NCBI GenBank assembly: GCA_964187785.1 | Contig: OZ076409.1 | Location: forward strand, 64,172,001-64,232,000 | Length of the DNA stretch: 60,000 nucleotides | Direction: 5' to 3' | Source: Amphiscolops sp. MND2022 | Taxonomy: Eukaryota | Part shown: positions 19,574-32,246 of the stretch, in pieces | Layout: the number at the start of each line of letters is the position of its first letter | How positions within the stretch are numbered: position 1 is the first letter of the stretch | The notes under the pieces: model-generated | What the model saw: the letters and a program-made list of their open reading frames with translations, nothing else | The model's database searches: none | What the model was told of the DNA's origin: nothing | Position numbers and translations under genes: made by a program

Positions 19574-21900
19574 GAATTTGTTTCAACATTCTCCCTGGTG
19601 CAGATATAGTCATTGTCAGTTTTCTTTGAAAAGGCTGCAGCGAATGTTTTATTCAAGGTCTGGTTGGAGTAGTCGGTTGCGCGAAAGATTGCTTTGGTAC
19701 TAGTTGCACGGGTAAATGGTGGTTTGAACCCGGTGACGGCGTTCACGGGTTATGGAATAGATACCACTGTGATTGTTGATGTCTTCAACTCCCCTCCTGT
19801 TCAGGGAGATTGCAATAGTCTTCAAAGCAATATTCTCTCCTCCAACATTACTCGCGCAGCATGTCTACTCTGAACAGACTTTTTAAAATAAAATTTCATC
19901 CATCAAAAACATCCTGCAAATTTGAAGACTGTAAAAACGCTTGCTCAACAGTTTGAAATAGTGTCGCGGTTTGAAAAGGCAAAACGTAATAAAAATTAGG
20001 TTTTTTTTTGAAAATGCTTCATCGAAACTACTGTTATTTGTGTTCTTTTCATATTCTACGTTGTCTACGTTCTTCTCATATCATTGTCGTCATACTTCAT
20101 AGCATATCATCAATTCAAACTTGCAAAATGTTGCCAATTTGTAGACTTTGGTCGAGCCTAAACAAGAGCCGTTTGTACAACCCTACAACAGTAATCTTGA
20201 GATGCATCAAAGCATCTACGACTTTGTCATTTTGAACCATTGAAACTTCGGGAGTGTCACTTACAAAAGTTGTGACTCGCTTTTTCATTTTCATTTTCAT
20301 TTTTTTTGTGTTTTGGAATCAAGCAAATATATTCCACGTTTAACATTCGATGAAAGCACACACGTACAAAAAATACATTTGTTTTGTTGAAAGATCAATT
20401 CGCCAAAAAAGTAGCTTTTGCACAAATACTATAAACGATTTAGGATATGCTGAGGTCCAAGCCTGGATAACGGCAGTTCCCACTAAAAGGAAATAAGGCA
20501 AGAGAAATAGGTTTTGTGCTATGGGCTACCTTGTCACTGGAATAAGTGCCTTCTTTCAAACTCCGCTGTTGATTGGCACAATGGAAAAGACCGCTCCAGT
20601 TTCGTTGGAGCATCAGTTTTATCAACGAAGACAGTCTAGTACCGGTGGAGGAGTCATTTTGTACTCGACACACGCTGCGTGTTTTTTACATTTGGTTACG
20701 TCATCTTCGTGTCGAATCTATTACGTAACGTTTGGGAAGAAAGTTATCGCGAACGTTACGTAATAGATTCGACACGAAGATGACGTAACCAAATGTAGAA
20801 AACACGCAGCGTGTGTCGAGTACAAAATGACTCCTCCACCGGTACTAGACTGTCTTCGTTGATAAAACTGATGCTCCAACGAAACTGGAGCGGTTTTTTC
20901 CATTGTGCCAAGCAACAGCGGAGTTTGAAAGAAGGCACTTATTCCAGTGACAAGGTAGCCCATAGCACAAAACCTATTTCTCTTGCTTTATTTCCTTTTA
21001 GTGGAAACTGCCGTTATCCAGGCTTGGACCTCAGCATATCCTATATCGTTTATAGTATTTGTGCAAAAGCTACTTTTTTGGCGAATTGATCTTTCAACAA
21101 AAAAAATGTATTTTTTGTACGTGTGTGCTTTCATCGAATGTTAAACGTGGAATATATTTGGTTGATTCCAAAACACAAAAAAAATGAAAATGGAAAAGCG
21201 AGTAACAACTTTTGCAAGTGACACTCCCGAAGATTCAATGGTTCAAAATGACAAAGTCGTAGATGTTTTGATGCATCTCAAGATTACTGTTGTAGGGTTG
21301 TACAAACGGCTCTTGTTTCGGCGCGACCAAAGTCTACAAATTGGCATCATTTTGCAAGTTTGAATTGATGATATGCTATGAAGTATGACGACAATGATAT
21401 GAGAAGAACGTAGACAACGTAGAATATGAAAAGAACACAAATAACAGTAGTTTCGATGAAGCATTTTCAAAAAAACCTAACTTTTATTACGTTTTGCCTT
21501 TTCAAACTGCGACACTATTTCGAACTGTTGAGCAAGCGTTTTTACAGTCTTCAAATTTGCAGGATGTTTTTGATGGATGAAATTTTATTTTAAAAAATCT
21601 GTTCGGAGTAGACATGCTGCGCGAGTAATGTTGGAGGAGAGAATATTGCTTTGAAGACTATTGCAATCTTCCTGAACAGGAGGGGAGTTGAACACATCAA
21701 CAATCACAGTGGTATCTATTCCATAACCCGTGAACGCCGTCACCGGGTTCAAACCACCATTTACCCGTGCAACTAGTACCAAAGCAATCTTTCGCGCAAC
21801 CGACTACTCCAACCAGACCTTGAATAAAACATTCGCTGCAGCCTTTTCAAAGAAAACTGACTATGAATATATCTGCACCAGGGAGAATGTTGAAAAAAAT
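19574..21900. repeat. Long inverted repeat (foldback palindrome): arms 19574-20732 and 20752-~21900, 19-nt spacer
   Basis: ...TCTATTACGTAACGTT / AACGTTACGTAATAGA...; mirrored ORFs (20521+ / 20721-, 20008+ / 21243-). Arms differ by scattered substitutions; the left arm is cut by the gap. Confidence 0.95.
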
Positions 21901-24270
21901 CGAGAAAAAATGTTTTAACTGAATTCATTTCTGAGAAGCGTTCAAACTGTCCAGAAATTGTCCTGGTTTGTCAATCCCACCATCCATCGCCTGAGCTCGT
22001 AAACAACCCTTGAGCAAATGCAGTACGAATTCATATGGGCTTGGATTTTGTTTGATGTAAAATGTCCTATACATGTTTTCACTGCTGTGTAAAAGACTTA
22101 GCCCTCTGAGTGAAACTTTGACTTGGACTGAAAACGGTTGCTATACGCACACTACTGTATAATCAACACCATTGTCCCAACAAAACCTTAATCCCGTGTG
22201 ACATTCAGACAAGCCTCCAAACACGTTCTTCCCGCTCTCCGAAAGAAAATTGGAAGAAAAAAACAAACAATGTATTTTAGAACACACTTGCCTAACATTT
22301 TTGCAGAAAAATAATATTTCGTTTATCATTTGGCTAAAACTTGTTTGCTCTTACAAAAACATGAGAAAATAAACGTATCGACACTTATCCAAAGAGAAAT
22401 TGAAAAAAAGTAGATTCCATATTATTCACTCGTTTCTTGAGAAATATATCTTTTAGATTATGATTTTGTAATCAACTTATAATAAAGTGATACTTTTTTT
22501 TCAAAAATCAAATAATCTGACTCATGAACTTTTTTTACCTTCATGGTATCAATTTTACCCTATGAATAATTGACATATCTTGAATGTTTTGAATAAACAT
22601 GTGAAATGAACCAGTCAAAACGTTTCAAAATAATTCCATTGAAAAACAATGAAGGCTCTGATGAAAGTGAAAACTGTCTCTTAATCGGAATTGATATGAT
22701 TATTGTTTTGAAGATTTTGATGAAGAGTATTTCACAACTTTCGAAAGTACTTTTTGTAGTAAGAAACTTTCTAGTTTTGAAGAATCAAAGTGTTTGATCA
22801 CACAGAATAATTCTTTTTCCGAGAACAATTTTTAAAGGAATCTCTGAGTAGGCTTCTTTTTGATGTACCTTAATTTTTAGAAATTTATTCAAAACGTTTG
22901 CAATTTGAAAGACGGAATGACCGATAATTGAAAACAAAACAAAAGCAGGATCTCTTGAACAATATGAAGACGTGAGCAATATGAAAGGGAGGAACACGTT
23001 TCGAATCTGAAGTTTTTTCATTCCTCGAGCATAATTTGAAATATTTAAATTCTGTGCTGTTGTTGATTTTATGCATGATGGCAATCAGCGATTGACAGAT
23101 CAGTTCCCTTTACCGGATACCATGCACCCAAACGACCAATCAGAAACAAGACAAACCCCATTCCCTCCAGGAAAGCCTGAAAAACGTTGAACCGAACTTT
23201 GGAAGAGAACGGGTTGGAATGGAACTCATTCAAGATATAGTATTTTGAAAGGATCATCAAGCTGTAAATCTGAAATTTTTTTCTTCAAATACTGAACCAA
23301 TCCAGGTTAAATTGGATATCTTTTTGTTGTGAAAAAAATTTTCTTTCAAACGTCTGTTAAATGATGATTGTATATGTTTTGTATTAGCTTGCGTTTCTTT
23401 TCATTGATTAGCAGATAAATACAAAGTCAATTCAAATCTCAGTGCCAAAAATACCCCAAAGGATACACATAAGGCTCGGAAACCACAGTTTCCAAACTGG
23501 AATTACAAAAGATCTTTTTTTTTGAAAATTCATGCGATTTTTTTCGGGAAAGTCTGATAGTGCCGAAAAAGGAACTTTCAGCTTAGAAACTACTTTCCTC
23601 AAGCCGAAAACAGATAGGAAAGCAGGAACATACCCTTTAATCAAATGAAAGTTTCGGAAAAAACGCACAGAGTCAAAACAGCCCAAAGAATGATAAATAA
23701 GTGGAGATAAAACAGCTGTTTGATTGTATTGAAAATAATAAGGTCTCACAGTGCCAAAAAAAACCAGAGGGGGTTTCTTCGGCTTCAGTTGAATTTGTAT
23801 CAACTCTGAATATCTTGAGAATCAAAGGAGGGACCCTTTTGTATCATTAAAAAACCTCTCCTACAAACGGCATTTCCAGTACACGTTATATCCGGAATCC
23901 GTTATAACCGGTTGGCCGTAAATCTTGTTGTGTGCTTGACGAAGGAGACTCCTTTACATTTCAAGTGCAGGATGTACGAAGGGACTTTACCAAAATTGAA
24001 GAAATTTTACTAGAACTGTTTTTGGAAAACCATGACTATAGTCGCTCTTTTCTAAAGAAAAACGCTGTCAAAACAATTTGTTTGTCAAGAACAATTCCAG
24101 ATTCTTTTCAAATTGGGCGTAATCGAAGCACGTCATATTTTGAATGAATCAATTGAACCATTTTTTCCACAAAAATGTTTTTATACTGACAGTCCTTTCA
24201 CGATGATCTGACTTTTTTGATTCAATAATTCGGATTTTGACCATTTCAAACGGTTTTCATCTGAGCTATG

Positions 24271-27200
24271 CAGTCAATACTAAAGTAGCTGAGATTCGAT
24301 GAACACTTTCGTATAGGCCTTGTATTTGATCTATCTTTCATTATATAGTACAATACTATAGGTCTAAAGTAGCTAAGATTCAATTAACACGATCGTACAG
24401 CTTTTATATTCGATCAATCTTTCAACATACAGTACCACAAAATAGGTCTAAAGTAGATATTAGGTGGACACGATCGCATGGGTTTCATATTTGATCAACC
24501 TTTTCATATACAGTACCATACTATCGCTCTAAAGTAGCTACGATTCAATGAACACAGCCGTAGAGGACTTATGTTTCATCTATCTTTCAATTTACATCAC
24601 CAAATTATAGGTGTAGGGTAGCTAAATTTCGATGAACACGGCCGTATAAGACTTATATTCGATATTTTTTTCAAAATACAGTACAATACTATAGGTCTAA
24701 AGTAGCTAAGATTCAATTAACACGATCGTATAGCTTTTATATTCGATCAATCTTTCAACATACAGTACCATAAAATAGGTCTAAAGTAGCTAAGATTCGA
24801 TGAACAGGGTCGTATATGTTTTATATTCGATCTATTTTTCAATATACAGTAACATACTATAAGTCTAAAAGAGCTAAGAATCAAAGAACATAGACGTATA
24901 GGACTTCTATTGGATCTATCATTCTATATAGCGTACAATACTTTACGTCTAAGGTAGGTAAGATTCAATGAAAACGGTCGTTTAGGACTTATATTTGATA
25001 TATCTTTCGATATACAGTCCCATTCTGTAGGTCTAAAGTAGCAAAGATTCAATTAACACGATCGTATAGGTTTTATATTCGATCAATCTTTCAATATACA
25101 GTACCATAATATAAGTCTAAAGTAGCTAAGTTTCAATGAACATAGACATATAGGACTTAAATTGGATCTATCATTCAATACAGAGTAACATACTATAGGT
25201 CTAAGGTAGCTAAGATTCGATGAAAACTTTCCGATAGGACTTATACTCGATCTATCTTTCAATATACAGTTCAAAACTATAGGTCTAAAGTACTAAGATT
25301 CAATTACCACGATCGTATAGGTTTTATATTCTATAAATCTTTCAATATACAGTACCATGCTAAAGGTCTAAAGTAGCTAAGGTTTTATGAACAAGGTTGT
25401 ATAGGAGTTATCTTTGATCTATCTTTCAATTTACAAAACCATACTATAGGACTAAAGTAGCTAAGATTCATTGAACACAGCTGTAAAGTACTTATATTTA
25501 ATCTATCTTTCAATATACAGTACAAAACTATAGGTCTAAAGTAGCTAAGATTCAATTAACACCATCGTGTAGGTTTTATATTCGATCGATCTTTCAATAT
25601 ACAGTATCAAAATATAGCTCTAAAGTAGCTACAATTTAATGAACAAAGTTGTATAGGACTCATATTCGATCTACATTTTATTTTACAGTACCATACTATA
25701 GGATTGATTAATGTAGCTAAGATTTGATTGACACGATCGTATAGCTTTAATAAGTGATCAATCTTTCAATATACAGTACCATAATAAAGGTCTAAAGTAG
25801 CTAAGATTCGATGAACAGGGTCGTATATGTTTTATATTTGATCTATCTTTCAATCTACAGTACCATACTATAAGTCTGAAGTAGCTAAGATTCAATGAAC
25901 ATAGACGTATAGGACTTATATTGGATATATCATTCTATATAGAGAACAATACTTTACGTCTAAGGTAGGTAAGATTTGATGAAAACGGTTGTATAGGACT
26001 CATATTCGATCTATCTTTCCTTTCACAGTACCATACTCTAGGGTTAAAGTAGCTAAGATTCATTGAACACAGCTGTAAAGAACTTGTATTCGATCTATCT
26101 TTCAATATACTGTACAAAACTATAGGTCTAAAGCAGCTAAGATTCAATTAACACCATCGTATAGGTTTTATATTCGATCGATCTTTCAATATACAGTACC
26201 ATAATGTAGCTCTAAATTAGCTACGATTTAATGAACAAAGTTGTATAGGACTCATATTTGATCTATATTTCATTTTACAGTACCATACTATAGGATTAAT
26301 GTAGCTAAGATTCAATTAACACGATCGTATAGCTTTCATAAGCGATCAATCTTTCAATATACAGTACCATAATATAGGTCTAAAGTAGCTAGTATTCGAT
26401 GAACAGGGTCGTATATGTTTTATATTTGATCTATCTTTCAATATACAGTCCCATACTCTAAGTCTGAAGTAGCTAAAATTCATTGAACATAGACGTATAG
26501 GACTCATATTTGATCTATCTTTCAAATTACAAAACCTTTCTTCTGGACTAAAGTAGTTAAGATTCGTTGAACACAGCTGTAAAGGACTTATAATAGATCT
26601 ATCTTCCAATATACTGTACCATACTATAGGTCTAAAGTAGCGGGGATTCGATGAACAGGGTCGTATGTTTTATATTCGATCTATCTTTCTATATACAGTA
26701 CCATACTATAAGTATAAAGTAGCTAAAATTCATTGAACATAGGCGTATAGAACTTTTAATGGATCTATCGGTCAATATACAGTACAATACTATACGTCTA
26801 AGGTAGCTAAGGTTCGATGAACACAGCTGTAAACGACTTATATTCGATCTATTTTTCATTATACAGTACAATACTATAGGTCTAAAGTAGCTAAGATTCA
26901 AATAACATAGACGTATAGGACTTATATTGGATCTATCATTCTATATAGAGTACAATACTTTACGTCTAAGGTAGGTAAGATTTGATGAAAACGGTTGTAT
27001 AGGACTCATATTCGATCTATCTTTCCTTTCACAGTACCATACTCTAGGGTTAAAGTAGCTAAGATTCATTGAACACAGCTGTAAAGAACTTGTATTCGAT
27101 CTATCTTTCAATATACTGTACAAAACTATAGGTCTAAAGCAGCTAAGATTCAATTAACACCATCGTATAGGTTTTATATTCGATCGATCTTTCAATATAC

Positions 27201-28475
27201 AGTACCATAATGTAGCTCTAAATTAGCTACGATTTAATGAACAAAGTTGTATAGGACTCATATTTGATCTATATTTCATTTTACAGTACCATACTATAGG
27301 ATTAATGTAGCTAAGATTCAATTAACACGATCGTATAGCTTTCATAAGCGATCAATCTTTCAATATACAGTACCAAAATATAGGTCTAAAGTAGCTAGTA
27401 TTCGATGAACAGGGTCGTATATGTTTTATATTTGATCTATCTTTCAATATACAGTCCCATACTCTAAGTCTGAAGTAGCTAAAATTCATTGAACATAGAC
27501 GTATAGGACTCATATTTGATCTATCTTTCAAATTACAAAACCTTTCTTCTGGACTAAAGTAGTTAAGATTCGTTGAACACAGCTGTAAACGACTTATAAT
27601 AGATCTATCTTCCAATATACTGTACCATACTATAGGTCTAAAGTAGCGGGGATTCGATGAACAGGGTCGTATATGTTTTATATTCGATCTATCTTTCTAT
27701 ATACAGTACCATACTATAAGTATAAAGTAGCTAAAATTCATTGAACATAGGCGTATAGAACTTTTAATGGATCTATCGGTCAATATACAGTACAATACTA
27801 TACATCTAAGGTAGCTAAGGTTCGATGAACACAGCTGTAAACGACTTATATTCGATCTATTTTTCATTATACAGTACAATACTATAGGTCTAAAGTAGCT
27901 AAGATTCAATTAACAAGATCGTATAACTTTTATATTTGAACAATCTTTCAACATACAGTACCGTACTATAGGTCTAAAGTAGCTAACATTCGATGAACAG
28001 GGTCATATATGTTTTATATTCGATCTATCTTTCTATATACAGTGCCATTCAATAAGTTTAAGTTAGCTAAGAATCAATGACAATAGGCGTATAGGACTTA
28101 TATTGGATCTATCAGTCGAAATACATTACAATACTATATGTCTAAAGTAGCTAAGATTCGATGAACACAGCTGTAAAGGACTTTTATTTGATCGATCTTT
28201 CTATATACAGTACAATACTATAAGTCTAAAGTAGCTAAGATTCAATGAACATAGGCGTATACGACTTATATTGGATCTATCATTCAATATACAGTACAAT
28301 ACTATACGTCTAAGTAGCTAAGATTCGATGAACATGGTCGTGTAGGACTTATCTTCGATCTATATTTCAATCTACAGTACAATACTGTAGGGCTAAAGTA
28401 GCTAAGATTCAATGAACACTGTCGCGTAGAACTTATATTCGATCTATATTTTGAAATACAGTATATTACTATAGG
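24271..28475. repeat. 84-bp tandem satellite, ~50 units, with a ~1006-1008 bp (12-unit) higher-order duplication
   Basis: CTAAAGTAGCTAAGATTC recurs at 84-bp spacing (e.g. 24697, 24781); ~25898-26903 is nearly identical to ~26904-27911. Confidence 0.95.
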
Positions 28476-29526
28476 ATCTCTGTAGAGATCCTAGTAGAAA
28501 TTTGTAGCTATTTCAGGGGCTACTCTGCGCATTTGTAAAAAAATATGCCCTTATTTCGTGTCCGGCACTTCGTTATTCAACACTGTGAAAACACCTTCAG
28601 TCTTCTATACATGAGAAATAGTATACTTTTTACAGCATTTCATCATCTTTTTTTCGTCAATTTCTATACCAATTTTCACAATTTGCAGGTCACATTTCCA
28701 TGTTACTCGGTGTGAAAATATGGCGTTGTGTAAAGGTGGAGATATTTTTGGCGGTTGATGGTTGGAATGATAAAGAATGTTATCCATTACGCAAATGAAG
28801 GTAACTTCAGGGAAATTTTATCCATGGAAATCACGCATCAATAAAGGTCACTAGCATCAAGAAGTAAGTAGAAGCACATTCATTTAAACGTTGGTAGATG
28901 AAAGCACCTTTTATTGATCCTGTTTCCTTTTAGCACGGCCGCAATTTCCATTCCTAACAAACTGCTCCTTCCATTTTTTTATTACTTTCCAACACGCAAA
29001 GGTAAGGAAATTTCCTTTCATTGCCTGAAATACGAACAAAAAATTATCGGGCCTGTATTTTGTTTTCGGATTTTGTTCGGCTCTCGGTGATTATTTTTTT
29101 GTTCGGATATGTCATGTTCGTATCGCAAATATTACGTAACGTTTCAGAAAGTTTTGTGATTACCATATTTGGTTACTCAATTTGCTCTGAACTATAATGC
29201 CGCGTACTTTTACTACTGAGGGGGTTTCAACAAAATCGAAAAGAGAGATTCCTTTGAAGACCAAAAAATTGAAGACCAAAAAAATCGCACAGTGCTGAAA
29301 AAAATTGGAAGGGTCCTATAGTCTCGTACAGTAAGAAACTAAAGGAAGACCCTTTGAACTATCTTAGATGCGTTTCCCAGGTATTCGTTTACTTGAGCGA
29401 TCTGAACGAAAAATGTCTGTCTCGAAGAAAAAAACGAGTGACTGTAATAGTCGGGCTCTTTTATTCCAAAAGCGCCAACTGAAATTGTTGCTAACTTGCA
29501 ATTTATATGCAATCTGTTATTGTTAA

Positions 29527-30951
29527 TGTCGTAACCATCAACACTCCCTTGAGAGTCAATTGAATTCTTTAGGGTGGTTATTTTAGTTAATTTCGGGTGA
29601 GTTTAACTTGGGAAAATCTACTCGGGTTTTGCGTCTATTTTCACTGTTCAGATTTTCTTGCAGTCCGTCTAACCGAAGGTCTATATTCGTTTTAGAATCA
29701 TCATTGCATCCTCCTATCGCATTTTGTATGCTTTGTAACAATTCCTCCTCGATTGCTGAGTAAATTGCCTCGAGTCAGTGCAAATTTAGATCTTTTCTAA
29801 TATCTCCAAGCTTTCTGGACATTTGCGAGATCTCTGAATTAATTGCTTTACTAGTTTCTGTAGTGACTCCACTTTTCTCACTAATATTAGTTTTCAAAAG
29901 TAACCTAAAGATATCTCCTTTTCGATTGGCATTTCTATGCAATTCTCCCTGACTCTATGTCAACAGCAATTCACTTGCTGCTTCCTGTCCTTCGAAACTA
30001 TTCTCAGGAAAGTTTCCTAACATCAGATCCATATTTCCAAAATCTGACAACACGCCAGATAGCCTTGAATGCTTTTCCTTAGCCTTTTGTTTTCTAGTTG
30101 AAGGCTTGACAAGAGATTGGATAGCGTTCCAAGATTAAATTTCAAGTTATGTGACTGATAGTCAGAGCAATCAAGTATTTCAGTGTTAGCGATATTTAAG
30201 TATCAACATAATGAATCCTTCAATAACAAATTCTTGCTGTGTATAGTTGCAAAATGATGACACCCATCGTTTAGGTTGTCGTAGAGTTAAAATAAGGATG
30301 ACATCATTTAGGTTATAAATAGTAACAAGTTGGTTTTTACGCCAACTTACATAATGGTCTAAAAATACAAATCGTAGTAATCTCGGAAATTTTACAACTA
30401 TACGTAAAAATAAGGATTTACATGCTGACAACACCTAATGTTCTTAAAACAGTACTAAATAAATATTGGACATCATGTCAAACTGACTGAACTAATAGCA
30501 AGTAAGTTATTTGTAGAATGGAAGTGGACGTAACGTCCATTTGGCTGCAGTAAAACTACAATGTATACAAGCGATGTGATTGGCTAGTTGAGCTACTGAC
30601 AACGCGTCAACAGGACCGCATCGTAGTACAGGTTGAACACGTTTCCTTTAGCACGTACTGTGAGCACACCTATCTGAATATATTCTTAACCTTCCTAACT
30701 TGATTTACAATGCAACAAACAACAATTAGACGCATCCGAGTAACACTAGTTCATGATAATTATCAGTTATTCAATATTATATAAAATGAAACACCACTAG
30801 ACGTACAGTGAGTTTACAGTAGTTTGTTGCGGTCGAAAGGACGCTCGGTCCAATTCGTTCTAAATAGGTAGAACATCAAGCGGACGGACAAAGTTGTGAT
30901 CTTGGGTAATGATCTCATATCAGTTGCCGTCCTAAGCGGCAGCTTGCGATA
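29527..30951 (-). mobile_element. Solo LTR of a third family related to E1/E2 (1425 bp), TSD GTTAA
   Basis: Minus strand starts TATCGCAAGCTGCCGCTTAGGACGGC (E2 LTR: TGTCGCAGGCTGCCGCCTGTGACGGC) and ends GGTTACGACA. GTTAA at 29522-29526 and 30952-30956. Encodes PSTRKQKAKEKHSRLSGVLSDFGNMDLMLG, similar to the E2 Gag N-terminus PTTRKQKKTRKSRGLEILSDIENLDIMLG. Confidence 0.85.
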
Positions 30952-31310
30952 GTTAACAGTGACCGCCATTGGATATCCGAAGACACCGCCTGCCTAGTGC
31001 TTAAAAGTTACTGTTTATCAGAATTTAAAAGGTCAAGGTTTGCAAGAAATCAACAACTAACTTGTTTCCAGAGGAACATCATAAAAATACGCAGAATCTG
31101 CAGAAGTAATCCTGAAATAGCGATAGCACCGAAAATGTCAATTAGGCGAAAAGTCCAATTCTAAAGGATCTACCTTGGACGGTAACATGAAAAATTGCTA
31201 TCAGACATGACGCCTGTCGGCTTTCATACAAAATGTGTAACTGTAGAGACCTCAGACTGTTTAGATTATTTAGTCTATGTCGATACTTCTTTTATGTTAT
31301 TGTTATTCCG

Positions 31311-32246
31311 GGGGGTATCAAAAATTAATTGCAATTAATTGAAAACACTCTGAAGCTAAAAATCAATTAATTTTAATTGCTTACTATGAAAACTAATTAT
31401 TGCAATTAATTGCAAATCTAAAACAGTCTTGAGTGACTACTATCTACACAGTTACAATACGGATGATACCAGTTTTTCGTCCCAAAATCTTTCGTTCAGC
31501 TTCAAAAAAAGCTGCATTTCCAGGTTGTATGGCAAAAGATTTCTTCTCAGATTACTGTAGGCGTATCTTGCGGTCCTAAAAAATCTTCCCTGTTGTTTAA
31601 AAGTTTCACAAGCGCATTTTCGAATTCCTTGCTGTGCACAATTGGAGACTCTGTTCCACAATGCGACGCCAATCCAGGAAAATCTTTGATAATTTCATCA
31701 AACAGAAATCTTATATCAGAAATGTCAGTGTTTTCTTTTTGGAGAGCCAGAGTGACCGAGTTCAATTTCTGCATGCTTTGATGTATTTCTCCGAGAATTG
31801 AATTTCCTAGGCGTAAATGTTGCTAGCTTTTTGAGGCACTGTCGGGAAACAGGAAGCAAATTGGTAAACCCGGAAATATTTTTTTGACTCAAGTCTTTAC
31901 CACAGACACATTTCCACTGACCATCAGAATCGGGGATTTGATGAAAATTTTTCATTACTGTGTCTTTTGCGACTGGCATTGTTTGTTGCAAAAAATGATC
32001 TGAAAAGTATTTACATAAGTAGGTGAACAAACACAATCCGCGTCTATTTGACGACTATAATAAAAGTTAAAGCCACTGCGGTAGCAACCGATAATAGGTC
32101 AAACTTTAAACTGCTCTAAATTTGCAATTAATTGCAATTAATTGGTTTTCAAAAATCAATTAATTTTAATTGCTACTTGCTGCAATCAATTAATTTTCCG
32201 CAATTAATTGCAATTAATTTTCACTCAATTAATTTTTGATACCCTG
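31311..32246 (-). mobile_element. Internally deleted hAT DNA transposon
   Basis: TIR GGGTATCAAAAATTAATTG (31313-31331) / CAATTAATTTTTGATACCCTG (32226-32246); subterminal GCAATTAATT repeats. Remnants WKCVCGK...SGFTNL (BED), LNSVTLALQKE, and RRNLLPYNLEMQLFLKLN (hAT dimerisation region). Confidence 0.8.

Noticed and set aside
19259..19746. ORFs spanning the N run
   Set aside because: Artefacts of translating through the assembly gap.
24271..28475. CRISPR array or 28-aa LRR-type coding repeat (minus-strand LKDRSNISPIRLCSMNLSYFRPIVWYCI ORFs)
   Set aside because: No unique spacers or cas genes. The ORFs are short, broken by stops and indels, and lack an LRR consensus; they arise because the 84-bp unit is a multiple of 3.
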